Positions 1 through 9,384 of a stretch of DNA of 64,000 nt are shown here, in pieces. The notes beneath the pieces were generated by a model that saw nothing but the letters and a program-made list of their open reading frames with translations, was not told where the DNA came from and searched no databases. The stretch comes from an uncultured Verrucomicrobiae bacterium (GTDB lineage Bacteria; Verrucomicrobiota; Verrucomicrobiia; Chthoniobacterales; UBA10450). How positions within the stretch are numbered: the stretch's first letter is position 1; every line of letters starts with the position of its first letter. Both the position numbers and the translations under genes were made by a program. The stretch lies in contig CAWIBO010000002.1 in the NCBI GenBank assembly GCA_963834385.1, positions 384,001-448,000 on the forward strand, given 5' to 3'.

Positions 1-2
1 CC

Positions 3-581
3 CGCGTCTTTCTCGTCGCCCTCGGCAGCGTCGGTCTTGTTCTTCTCTCTCTTCTTCCTCTGCTGGACCGCGGTCTTCTGGTGACCGGTGGAGTGATCGG
101 CCTGCTTTCGCTCCTTTACCTGCTGGCGAATCAATTCGCTCCGACGCTCTGGCAGCGGTTTCCGTTGAAGGAAGCGACGATCGCGTTGCTCTTTGCCGCC
201 GGGACCTGTGCGGGGGTCGGTCCCGTCCTCGCTCGTTCGCCGTCGCTGGCGGCGGCCGCGGCCTGTTTCGCTCTGCTTTGCCTGACGAACTGTCTCAGCA
301 TTGCCCGTTGGGAAGAAGGACTGGACCGCGCGCAGGGGCGAAGTTCCATCGCGACCTCGCCTTACGGTTTGACCGCGCTGCCGCTGTTGAGCGGTGGCGC
401 GACCCTGGCCGGCGCAGTCGTTCTGCTTTTCACGGGGGTGCCGCTGGTCCTTTTCGTCGCGCTCGCAGGGGCCGCGCTTCTCCTGCTCGCCCTGAACCTT
501 TTGCCGGGGCTCGAGACCGATCGGCGCACCGCCGCGGCGGATCTCGTGCTTTTGACCCCTCTTTTCGTTCTTTGGGGATGA
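3..581 (+). CDS. Polytopic membrane protein, 5'-truncated by the window edge
   Basis: Frame is open from position 3 with hydrophobic helices throughout; TGA overlaps the next ATG (ATGA 578-581). Confidence 0.7.
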   Translation, partial: RVFLVALGSVGLVLLSLLPLLDRGLLVTGGVIGLLSLLYLLANQFAPTLWQRFPLKEATIALLFAAGTCAGVGPVLARSPSLAAAAACFALLCLTNCLSIARWEEGLDRAQGRSSIATSPYGLTALPLLSGGATLAGAVVLLFTGVPLVLFVALAGAALLLLALNLLPGLETDRRTAAADLVLLTPLFVLWG

Positions 582-1279
582 ACTGCGACCGCCTCGCGCC
601 GGTCTACGCCCTCCTCGAGCGGGCGGTCTTCGGCGGCGCGCTGCAACGCGCCCGCACCGCCCTGCTGCCGATGCTCGCCGGGCCCGCGCGGGTGCTGCTG
701 GTGGGCGAGGGGGACGGCCGTTTTCTGCGGAGGCTGCTGCTTCGCTTTCCCACGGCCCGGATCGATTGCGTCGATGCCAGCGAAGGCATGCTGCGTCTGG
801 CCCGGACCCGGGTGCCTCCCGGTGCTGCGGTGGATTTCATTCAGGCCCGGCTGCCCGGGTGGACGCCCCCGACGGCGGAGTATGATCTCGTGGTCACAAA
901 TTTCTTCCTCGACTGTTTCACCGGCATGGAGCTGGGAGCGGTGGTGCCGCTTCTTCGCCGGGCGCTGCGGCCAGATGGAGAATGGCTGGTGACGGAGTTC
1001 GCTCTCCCCGAGAGGCCGCGGGTGTGGCGCTTCGCGGCGGGAGGCCTGCTGAGCCTCATGTATTTCTTTTTCCGGTGCACCACCGGGTTGCAGGCACGGA
1101 CGCTGCCCGATTACGCGAAGGCGCTGCGGCAGACTGGTCTGAAGCGGCACGCGTTACAGGAGAGCGTCGGCGGTCTTCTGCGCTCCGAGATCTGGCGCGC
1201 GCTCCCCCCGGTAGGGCGAGACTCTGTCGAGCCTGCGAGCACGTCAAAAATTTACCACAGAGACCGCAGAGGGCACTGA
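578..1279 (+). CDS. Class I SAM-dependent methyltransferase
   Basis: VLLVGEGDG motif I, VDAS and YDLVVTNFFLDCF; start moved to ATG 578 (MNCDRLAP), coupled to the upstream stop. Confidence 0.85.
   Translation: MNCDRLAPVYALLERAVFGGALQRARTALLPMLAGPARVLLVGEGDGRFLRRLLLRFPTARIDCVDASEGMLRLARTRVPPGAAVDFIQARLPGWTPPTAEYDLVVTNFFLDCFTGMELGAVVPLLRRALRPDGEWLVTEFALPERPRVWRFAAGGLLSLMYFFFRCTTGLQARTLPDYAKALRQTGLKRHALQESVGGLLRSEIWRALPPVGRDSVEPASTSKIYHRDRRGH
1211..1233 (+). repeat. REP-like element (GTAG foot plus imperfect hairpin)
   Basis: GTAG-GGC[GA]GAC-TCT-GTC[GA]GCC. Confidence 0.45.
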
Positions 1280-1330
1280 GGGGAGCAGGGGAAGGAAACA
1301 GACAGGATTTACAGGATTGAACAGGATTGG
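1250..1330. repeat. Short-period (9-mer) intergenic repeats
   Basis: ACCACAGAG-ACCGCAGAG-GGCACTGAG, then ACAGGATT three times; same families recur at 18736-18790 and 37599-40260. Confidence 0.65.
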
Positions 1331-1371
1331 AGGTGAACAAACGCGATGGCGTACGGCCGCCCGTCGGAGGC

Positions 1372-3385
1372 CTACTTGCCCTGCCGCCGCCGGCGGATGA
1401 TCCGGACGAGAAAGAAGACCCCGGCGAGCGCGGCCACCCACGGAGCGAAGAAGGCGAGGGCTACGCCGATCATGCGCACACTCCACATCAAGGCCGAGGC
1501 ACCCTGGGCCAGAGTGCGGCGGATGGTGGCGAGCAGGCCTGTCTCCTCCCCGACGATGTCTCCCTGGCTGTAAATCTGGATGCTGACATCAGCCGGCGCC
1601 GATTCCGAGTCAGGCCGGCCCGGAAGATCCTGCCGCTGCACGGTGAGGTCCTTCACCTTGCCGAGGTCGTCGAACGAGCTGATCAAGCCCGGGTAATCCT
1701 TCAGCGGCACCCGCAGGGTGACCCGGGCCACTTCCTCGCCGTTCGCGCCGCGACTGAAGGTGGAACTGCGAATCTCGGCGTTGAATCGCGCCGCCGATTT
1801 CTTCAGGTCGGCGACCCGGTCAGTCACGTTCCGGGTGAGCAGGCGCAGGCTGGTTTGCTGCACGGAAGGCTCCTGTTCGTCGCGGGTAATGGAAATGTTC
1901 AGGGCGACCTTGTCGCGTTCCACCTTGCTCTCGGCCGCGTTGCCACGATCCGATCCGCCCTGGGCAATACGCTCCGTCTGATCGTCAAATCGCTGGACCC
2001 GGCCCAGCGCCTTGAGACGCGTGATGGTCTCGTCGGCGATCTCCGGGGCGAGAAGGAGGGAAACCTGCGCGGTGACCCGGCCGGAATAATCACGGTCGAG
2101 ATTTGAGTTCACAATCTGGACCTTGTCGCCGGTGGCGGCGGCCTTGACCTCGGCAAAGGTCTTTTCCACGTCGGGAGCGAAGAGGGCGAGATTGGCCGTG
2201 CGCCGGAGCAGAAACGCGGCGGGCTCATCGAGGTCTTTCTCCGCCAGTTGGATGGTGACCGTGGCGTAGGTGACGAGGGCGTCCCAGTATTTCAATTCGC
2301 CCTGCATTTGCTCGATCTCCTGGCGGACCCGGGCGAGTTCCTTTTCCACCTGGAGCAGGTCGCCGACTTTCCCCTGGGTTTTCCCGAGCAGCTCGAGCAG
2401 GCGTTCCTCCATCCGTTTTGCGTTCCGCATCCGGGCGTCGGTATCGAGGTAGGCTTTGGTCACGTCCTCGCTCCCGAGGGTCTGGTTCTTCAGTTCCCCG
2501 AGCCCACGGAGTTTCTGCAGAAACGAGTCGAGGTTTGCGGGCAAGACCCGGACCACGACGGTTCCCTGCAGCTTGCCGTTGGCGAGCTTCTCCGAGCGTA
2601 CTGGTGGCGATAAAGCCGCGATCTTCCTGGGCGAAGCCGGCGATCCTGGCGACGGCGTCCTCGAATTTCAGCACTTCCAACTGCACCTGCGCGCTTCGGA
2701 TAAGTTTCCGGGACTCGTTCGGCAGGGCCGCGGCCGGCGTCCCGGGACGCGGCGAGTCGGGCGCGATCTCCGCCTTGGCCATTTCGCGTGAGGCGACCGC
2801 GGCGTCGGCGCCGACCTCGCCCAGTTCTTCCATGCGTCCCGCCGCTTCTGCCGGCGTATCGGCGAAATCGTGCGCCTGATGGGGCGCAACCGGTGGCGGC
2901 GGGGGCGCTGCGGCCGGCGGCTCGCCGAGGACGCCGCGCCGCTGTTTCATGGCGCGGGGGGCGAGGTTGCCGCTCCCGGTCTCGCTGAAGGCGGCCGCGA
3001 CTTCTCCCAAGGGCGTCTTTCCCCTGTTCTCACCGGTCACGACTCTGCCCACCTGCACCAGGCCGAGCAGGAGGATGGCGGCGGTCGCGAGCTGGGCCGG
3101 ACGGGTGCGGAGAAGGCTGCCCGCGAGGTCGATCAGGCTCCGTTTCTCCGAAACCCGGTTTCGGAAACCGGTGACCATCCGCTGTTCGAGGTTCGGATCC
3201 GGCGCTTCCTCCGCGAGAGTCTCTTCAAGAATAGTGTTCATGGTTTGTATCTCCTGCTGGGCCTGACCGCAGGCGGCGCATTCCGCCAGGTGCTCCTGCA
3301 GACGGGCCGCTTCCTCCGGGGCCAGCTCGCCGTGCGCATCGGCCGCGAGCCACTGGTCAATGTTTTCGTGAATGCTGTTGTTCAT
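1372..3385 (-). CDS. zf-HC2 anti-sigma factor with TM helix and tandem DUF4349-like domains (frameshift near 2597)
   Basis: N-terminal HLAECAAC; TM helix; RKLIRSAQVQLEV...EDVTKAYLDTDAR DUF4349 signature; C-terminal TM. ORFs 2225-3385 and 1372-2556 join through a 1-nt indel. Confidence 0.8.
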
Positions 3386-3924
3386 CTGAGTTCGGCCAGG
3401 GCCGGTCGAAGTTCCTCCCGCAAAGTGCGCAGGGCGCGCCCGAGAATGCCGCGCAACGCGCCGTTGCTGAGGTCGAGCGCCCGCTCGATCGCGGCGTAGT
3501 CCATCTTCTCGAAATAACGAAGAGCGAGAGCGGAGCGATGCAGCTCGGGCAGGCGGCCCAGCGCGAGGCGGACCGCCTGTTCCCTTTCCTCCGTGGCCGG
3601 ACTGGCGGCGGCGAAATGGTCGATCACGGCCTCGAGATTTTCCGGCGTGCTTCGGCGCCCGCGGCTCCGGGCCAGGTCGCGTGCCCGGTGCCGGGTGATG
3701 GTGCCCAGCCAGGCCGGAAGTTTTTCCGGGTCGCGCACGCGCCAGCGCGATTTCCAGGCCTTGACCAGCGCATCCTGCACTGCGTCCTCTGCTTCCTCGC
3801 GGTTCTGCAGAATGCCGTAGGCGATGGCAAAAAGCTGGCGGCTGTGTGAACGGATGACCATTTCGAAAGCGTCGCGATCACCGCGCAGGGCAGCCTGGAA
3901 AAGGTCGTGTTCAGTTCTGTCCAT
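3382..3924 (-). CDS. ECF RNA polymerase sigma-70 factor
   Basis: AEDAVQD region 2, WLGTI and region 4 HTH; 4-bp overlap with the anti-sigma gene. Confidence 0.92.
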   Translation of the reverse strand: MDRTEHDLFQAALRGDRDAFEMVIRSHSRQLFAIAYGILQNREEAEDAVQDALVKAWKSRWRVRDPEKLPAWLGTITRHRARDLARSRGRRSTPENLEAVIDHFAAASPATEEREQAVRLALGRLPELHRSALALRYFEKMDYAAIERALDLSNGALRGILGRALRTLREELRPALAELR

Positions 3925-4011
3925 CAGCGTTGATCCAAAGCCTAGACGACGGCCCGGGCGAATCCGCGCGAAAAATCTTTCGCGCCCGGCAGGAAGGAAG
4001 CCAGGGACCGG

Positions 4012-5293
4012 TTACAAGGGCAGCTTCAGGATGACCGCGTCCTGCAATTCTTCGGGGGCCGCCTGGCTGCCCTTCTCATCGACCAGACGCCATTGGCTGT
4101 TCGCGACAAAATAAAGGCTGCCCCCAACGACAACGCCCAGGGCCGGTTCGTCGAACATCGGATTATTGGCTTCCAGCACCTCGGTCCAGGCGATCGACGA
4201 GTGGTCTTCGCCCAGGCTGAGCCGGATGACGCGGTTCGGCGTAATGCCGTTCTGGACCGCGACCAGGGTTTGGCCCACGGCGTAAAGTCCATCGATGCCG
4301 AGGAGGACCGTGTTGGGTCGGGTGCTCATTTTCGTCACCTTCTTTGTCCGCAGGTCGATCGCAAAAATACCCTGGGCATAATCGGCCACGAAAAGCCGGT
4401 CACCCCCGGGAGCGAGCGCAATGCCCTGCAGGTTCAGGAACGGTTCGCCGGACAGGAAGGGCAGGATTTTATCGTCGCCCTGCGCGACCCGGTAGATGAC
4501 GGGCGAAAGGCTGTCGGTGGCATACACATCCCCGTTCGGCGGCGATCACGAGATCGCCCAGCAGATGTTTGCGCAGCTTCTCCGCAATCAGCATTCGGCC
4601 GATCATTTTGCCGGTGGCTAGGTCGTACTTTACCAGGCCGGCCTGTCCGTTTTCGTCCGGCCGCAATCCCTTCATCTGGGGATGCGCCGCAATGCAGGCC
4701 CAGAGAATTCCGCGTTCTTCGTCCACCTTCATCCCGAGGACGCTCCAGAGTGAATCTTGCGGAGCCGAGAAAGGCGTGACCCGCCCGTCGCGGTCGAGGG
4801 CGAGGATTTTGCGCTGGTAAACGCTGCTCAGAAAAAAGCGCTGCTCTTTGGCGTGGTAAGCCACGCCTTCCGGGACGAGCCCCTTTTCCGGCACGGTAAA
4901 CGCCACCTCGCTGCGGACCAGCGGCTCAAGGTTCACAGCCAGCTCGCGCACCACGGTCTTGAATTCAGGGGTGCCGCTGATCCCGGCGAAGTCCGGGTCG
5001 GCCTCGATCTTTGGGTAAGCCAGTCCCATCTTGGCGGCGACGGCAAGCGCGTCGACCGCCACCACGGTGTGGCCGAGGAGCGCATGACCGGCGGCCAGAT
5101 TGTAAATATAGGCGGGATGATTTGGCCGAAGCTGGAGCGCGGTCTCGAGGTGCCGGACGAAAAGCGCGTAATCCTTGCGCTCATAGGCTTTCCTTGCTTC
5201 CGCGGCAAAGTGCCGGGCGTCCCCGGCGGCAGCCCCGGCCCAGACGGCGCTTCCGGCGAGGAGCGCGAGCAAAAGAATGATCCGGCGCTTCAT
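4012..5293 (-). CDS. Secreted TPR plus SMP-30/gluconolactonase-like beta-propeller protein (frameshift near 4540)
   Basis: Signal peptide, TPR-like helices (YNLAAGHALLG), PEGVAY and GIDGL propeller motifs; split into ORFs 4469-5293 and 4012-4527. Confidence 0.75.
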
Positions 5294-6054
5294 GGTTTGC
5301 CCGTCCCGAGGATTGCTTCCGGCCGGTAAAGATCTTCGTTGCTGCCCTGGAACTCGGCTTTCAGCTGCACCTTGAAATGCGCCAGATCGACCAGGGTCCA
5401 GCCGGTGAAGCGCCAGCCCTTCCGTTCTTCGCTCTCATGCTCAATTCCCACGACCAGATGCACCGCATCCTCGCGCACCTTTCCGGAGGCCGCGCGTGGC
5501 TGGAAATAAAATGTGCGGAAACTGCTTTCGCGGCTGCCGGCCGCGTAGAGCTTCGGATCGAGGTAATAAACGCGGCCGGAGGTTTTCTCGACCACGCGGA
5601 GATCCGGATAACCGGAGCGCTGACCGCGCCCCGCCATTGTCCGGGGGAATTCACAGTTCAGGCCCGGCGTTTCGTTGAGCAGCGTTTGCAGCATTTCCTC
5701 GAAATGACTGCTCACTTCGTTGATGCGCGGGACCTTTTGCACCGGGTGATCGGCGGTGTTCAGCCGTCGCAGGGTTTCGTCGAGCGCCCGTCCCAGTTCC
5801 TTCAACACCCGCTGGTCAACCGGATCGTCTGCCTTGAAAGGGATGATCTTGCGGCCGGTTGTCGCGAGAATGACGTCGCGGAACGGGATGCCGCGCAGGG
5901 CCGCATCCTCCTCCAGGAGCCATGGGATCAGGGTTTGCACGGGAGCCGCACGGGATGGCTCGGGGGTCGGGCTGGCCCCGCGGGCGAGGGGCACACCCAG
6001 CCACAGGAGCACCAAACCAACGGCACCGGCCCGGGCGCAGTCGGCCGTGCTCAT
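5290..6054 (-). CDS. Exported PD-(D/E)xK nuclease-fold protein (EcoRV-like)
   Basis: ATG at 6054 overlaps the deoA stop; N-terminal hydrophobic signal-like segment; GYPDL...YYLDPKLY motif with upstream helix FEE. Confidence 0.7.
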   Translation of the reverse strand: MSTADCARAGAVGLVLLWLGVPLARGASPTPEPSRAAPVQTLIPWLLEEDAALRGIPFRDVILATTGRKIIPFKADDPVDQRVLKELGRALDETLRRLNTADHPVQKVPRINEVSSHFEEMLQTLLNETPGLNCEFPRTMAGRGQRSGYPDLRVVEKTSGRVYYLDPKLYAAGSRESSFRTFYFQPRAASGKVREDAVHLVVGIEHESEERKGWRFTGWTLVDLAHFKVQLKAEFQGSNEDLYRPEAILGTGKP

Positions 6055-7283
6055 TCGATGGCGACCGCTTTCTCCAGCAAGGGCAGGACGGAGGCGAAGC
6101 TCTGCTCGGTGCGGGCGTGGACAAAGAGCAGCGGATCGCTTTTCTCCACCTTCTGCCCCACTTTCCGAATTTCGGAGAAGCCGACCGCGGGATCGATCTC
6201 GTCCGAGGCCTCGCGCCGGCCGGCGCCGAGAAAAAGGGCGGCTCGGCCGATCAGTTCCGCGTCCATGCGTCGGATTTTTCCCGATTTGCGGGCGGGCAAA
6301 GGCCGGAGCACGGGCGCGCGGTGCATTTCCGCCATTTTTTCCAGGGTGGTGGCATCGCCATCCTGCGCATAAACCAGCGCGACAAATTTTTTCCAGGCGG
6401 TGCCGTCCTTGAGCCATGCGGCCAGCTTTTTGCGCGGAACCGGCGCCACCTTCTCCGCCAGGTCGAGCACCAGCTCGATGACATCCGGCGGTCCGCCCCC
6501 CTGGAGCACGTGCACGCTTTCCGCCACCTCCAACGCGTTGCCCACGGCATGGCCAAGGGGTTCATCCATTGGGGTGAGCAGGTGCGACACTTCCACACCC
6601 ATCTCCCGGCCCACCGTGGTCATGGCTTGCGCCAGTTTCTTCGCTTCCGCCCGCGTTTTCATGAAGGCCCCGCGGCCGAATTTCACATCCAGCACCAGAC
6701 GATCCAGACTCTCCGCGAGTTTCTTGCTCATGATGCTGGCCACGATCAGCGCCTGCGACGGCACGGTCCCGGTCACGTCGCGCAAGGCATAGAGCTTCTT
6801 GTCCGCCGGGCAGATGTCCGACGTCTGGCCGATCATGCAGAGGCCGATGCTCTTCAACTGCGCCAGGGCGCGTTTTTCGTCGAGATGCACGTTGAAACCC
6901 GGAATGCTCTCCAGCTTGTCGAGCGTGCCGCCGGTGATGCCGAGGCCCCGGCCCGAGATCATCGGGACCCAGACTTCCGCGCAGGCCAGGAGGGGCGCCA
7001 GCACGAGCGAAACCTTGTCGCCGATCCCCCCGGTGGAATGCTTGTCCACCCGCGGCGGCGCCCCCTTGGGATAACGCAGGACCCGGCCGCTGTTCATCAT
7101 CTGCTCGGTCAGGTGCCGCGTCTCCGCCGGCGACATGCCCCGCCAGAGCACCGCCATGGCCCACGCGCTCATCTGGTAATCGGGAATCTCGTCGTTGGTG
7201 AAACCCGTGACGAGAAACTCGATTTCGTCCCCGCTGAGCTCTTCGCCGTTTCGTTTTCGTTCGATGATGGTCGGGACGTGCAT
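6051..7283 (-). CDS. deoA: Thymidine/pyrimidine-nucleoside phosphorylase
   Basis: DKHSTGGIGDK, SGRGLGITGGTLDKLESIPG, LYALRDVTGTV, SIMSKK. Confidence 0.95.
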   Translation of the reverse strand: MHVPTIIERKRNGEELSGDEIEFLVTGFTNDEIPDYQMSAWAMAVLWRGMSPAETRHLTEQMMNSGRVLRYPKGAPPRVDKHSTGGIGDKVSLVLAPLLACAEVWVPMISGRGLGITGGTLDKLESIPGFNVHLDEKRALAQLKSIGLCMIGQTSDICPADKKLYALRDVTGTVPSQALIVASIMSKKLAESLDRLVLDVKFGRGAFMKTRAEAKKLAQAMTTVGREMGVEVSHLLTPMDEPLGHAVGNALEVAESVHVLQGGGPPDVIELVLDLAEKVAPVPRKKLAAWLKDGTAWKKFVALVYAQDGDATTLEKMAEMHRAPVLRPLPARKSGKIRRMDAELIGRAALFLGAGRREASDEIDPAVGFSEIRKVGQKVEKSDPLLFVHARTEQSFASVLPLLEKAVAIE

Positions 7284-7307
7284 TGCCTTTAGTAAACTCC
7301 GCCTTCC

Positions 7308-8438
7308 TCAGGATGCCAGCAGGCTCGTTCCCACCGGCCACTCGGTTTGAAAGTAATCCGCCAGGGTCGCGGCCACATCGGCAAAGGTCGCGCGCTCGCC
7401 CAGGTCCCGCGATGCGCCCGGCAAAAGGAAGATCGGGACCTGCTCGCGGGTATGGTCGGTCCCGCGAAAGGTGGGATCGTTGCCGTGGTCGGCCGTGATC
7501 AGGACCAGGTCGTCCGGCCGGATCAGCTCGAGGAAGGAACCGAGCCAGCGGTCAAATTCCTGCAGCGCCCCGGCGTAGCCGGCCACATCGCGGCGGTGCC
7601 CGAAAAGCATGTCGAAGTCGACCAGGTTGGCGAAAAGCAGGCCGCGCGCGGTCTGTTGCCAGAGTTCGCTGATGCGCTGCATGCCTTCGCCGTTCGAAGC
7701 GGTGGGGTGCGATTCCGTGAGGCCGCGCCCCGCAAAGATGTCTCCAATTTTCCCGATACCGATCACAGGCAGCAGCTTCTCCGCCAGGGCCTCCAGAATT
7801 GTGCGGGGTGGTTTCAGGGAAAAATCGTGGCGGCGGGCGGTGCGCCGGAACGAACCCGGGGCTCCCGTGAAGGGCCGGGCGATGACGCGCCCGATCAGGT
7901 AACGGTCCGCGACCACACGAGCCGCTTCGCAGATCTCGTAAAGGCGCGGGGGCGAAATGATCTCCTCGTGCGCGGCGATCTGCAGGACGGAATCAGCCGA
8001 GGTGTAGAGGATGGGCGACCCGGTGCGCAGATGTTCCGGGCCGAGTTCCTCGAGCACGGCGGTGCCACTGCGCGCAAAGTTGCCGAGGAAAGTGACTCCG
8101 GCAGACTGTTCGATCTCCCGCACCAGTTCATCGGGAAAGCGTTCATGGACGGCAAACGGTTCCGCGAGGACCACGCCGGCCAGCTCCCAGTGCCCGGTGG
8201 TGGTGTCCTTGCCCGGCGATCGTTCCCGCATCCGCCCATAGGAGGCGCGGTAGGGCGGCGCGGCGGCAAGACCGGGCACCAGTTCCGGGAGGCCGAGCGA
8301 AACGAGGTTCGGCAGGGCGAGGCCGGGCTCCGCCTCGAGAATGTGGCCGAGCGTGTTGGCACCCTCGTCGCCATAGGCCGCGGCGTCCGGCGCGTGTCCG
8401 ATCCCGACGCTGTCGAGCACGAGCAAAAGCGCTCGCAC
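7308..8438 (-). CDS. deoB: Phosphopentomutase
   Basis: LVLDSVGIG, GKDTTTGHWE, YTSADS, NLVDFDMLFGHRRD, TADHGNDP. Confidence 0.96.
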   Translation of the reverse strand: MRALLLVLDSVGIGHAPDAAAYGDEGANTLGHILEAEPGLALPNLVSLGLPELVPGLAAAPPYRASYGRMRERSPGKDTTTGHWELAGVVLAEPFAVHERFPDELVREIEQSAGVTFLGNFARSGTAVLEELGPEHLRTGSPILYTSADSVLQIAAHEEIISPPRLYEICEAARVVADRYLIGRVIARPFTGAPGSFRRTARRHDFSLKPPRTILEALAEKLLPVIGIGKIGDIFAGRGLTESHPTASNGEGMQRISELWQQTARGLLFANLVDFDMLFGHRRDVAGYAGALQEFDRWLGSFLELIRPDDLVLITADHGNDPTFRGTDHTREQVPIFLLPGASRDLGERATFADVAATLADYFQTEWPVGTSLLAS

Positions 8439-8454
8439 GGTCAGGGACCCCGCA

Positions 8455-9333
8455 TCAGAGCCCGATCGGGTGCCAGGCCGTTTTCATTTCCACGGTCTCG
8501 AGGATCCAGTAGGGATCCTGCCCGGCCTCTCCGCGCCAGTCGTTCGCGGCAAGTTCCCGCCGGAAATAACGTTTCACGTTGAACTCGCCGCCGGTCTGCA
8601 ATTTTCGGCTGACGGCGTCATCGCCCGCGCCGTCCACGATGGCGTTCACGTCCATGTGACTGGCAAAATGCGGGGCCAGCTCCGTCCGGTCGCCGGCGAG
8701 GACGTTGACCACGCCGCCGGGGAGATCGCTTGTGGCGAGCACCTCGGAAAAGGTGAGGGCGGGAAGCGGTTTCGCGGACGAAGGCAGGAGGATGGCCGTG
8801 TTGCCGGAAAGAATGACGGGCGCGAGGAGCGAGACCAGCCCGAGCAGGGCGGGTTCGTCCGGGCAAAGGATGATCACGACGCCGGTGGGCTCGGGCGTGG
8901 TGAAATTGAAATGGGAACTGGCCACGGGATTCACGCTTCCGAAAACCTGGGAGAACTTGTCCGTCCACCCGGCGAAATGGACCAGCCGATCCACCGCCAG
9001 CGAGGTCTCCTCGTCCGCCTGCCGGATGGTGGCGCCGGCCCGGAAAAGTTCGTCGGCCAGCTCGGCCCGGCGCATCTCGAGCATTTCGGCCGCGCGGTAA
9101 AGGATCTGGCCGCGCAAATAGGCACTTTGTTTGGACCAGCCGCCGAAAGCCGCCCGCGCCGCCGTTACGGCATCGCGGAAATCCTTGCGCGAGGCCCGGC
9201 AGTATTGGGCGATCAGTTCGCCGTTCTCCCGCAGGGCGGGCATGACGCGTCCGTTCTCGCCCCGGACGAATTTTCCCCCGATAAGCAGCTTGTAGGTTTT
9301 CTGAACTGCGAGACGTTGTTCGGCCTTGGGCAC
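8455..9333 (-). CDS. Short aldehyde dehydrogenase-family protein (type usually paired with deoC)
   Basis: KTYKLLIGGKF start, EPTGVV, LPGGVVNVL, KTAWHPIG end; only 292 aa. Confidence 0.88.
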   Translation of the reverse strand: MPKAEQRLAVQKTYKLLIGGKFVRGENGRVMPALRENGELIAQYCRASRKDFRDAVTAARAAFGGWSKQSAYLRGQILYRAAEMLEMRRAELADELFRAGATIRQADEETSLAVDRLVHFAGWTDKFSQVFGSVNPVASSHFNFTTPEPTGVVIILCPDEPALLGLVSLLAPVILSGNTAILLPSSAKPLPALTFSEVLATSDLPGGVVNVLAGDRTELAPHFASHMDVNAIVDGAGDDAVSRKLQTGGEFNVKRYFRRELAANDWRGEAGQDPYWILETVEMKTAWHPIGL

Positions 9334-9384
9334 GAGGCGACGATTGCTTAAGTGAGCGGAAAAGAAAATGCTAAACCGTCGAAA

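Noticed and set aside
5290..6054. Classical type II restriction-modification system
   Set aside because: No DNA methyltransferase adjacent (the window's methyltransferases look like small-molecule or rRNA types) and the protein appears exported
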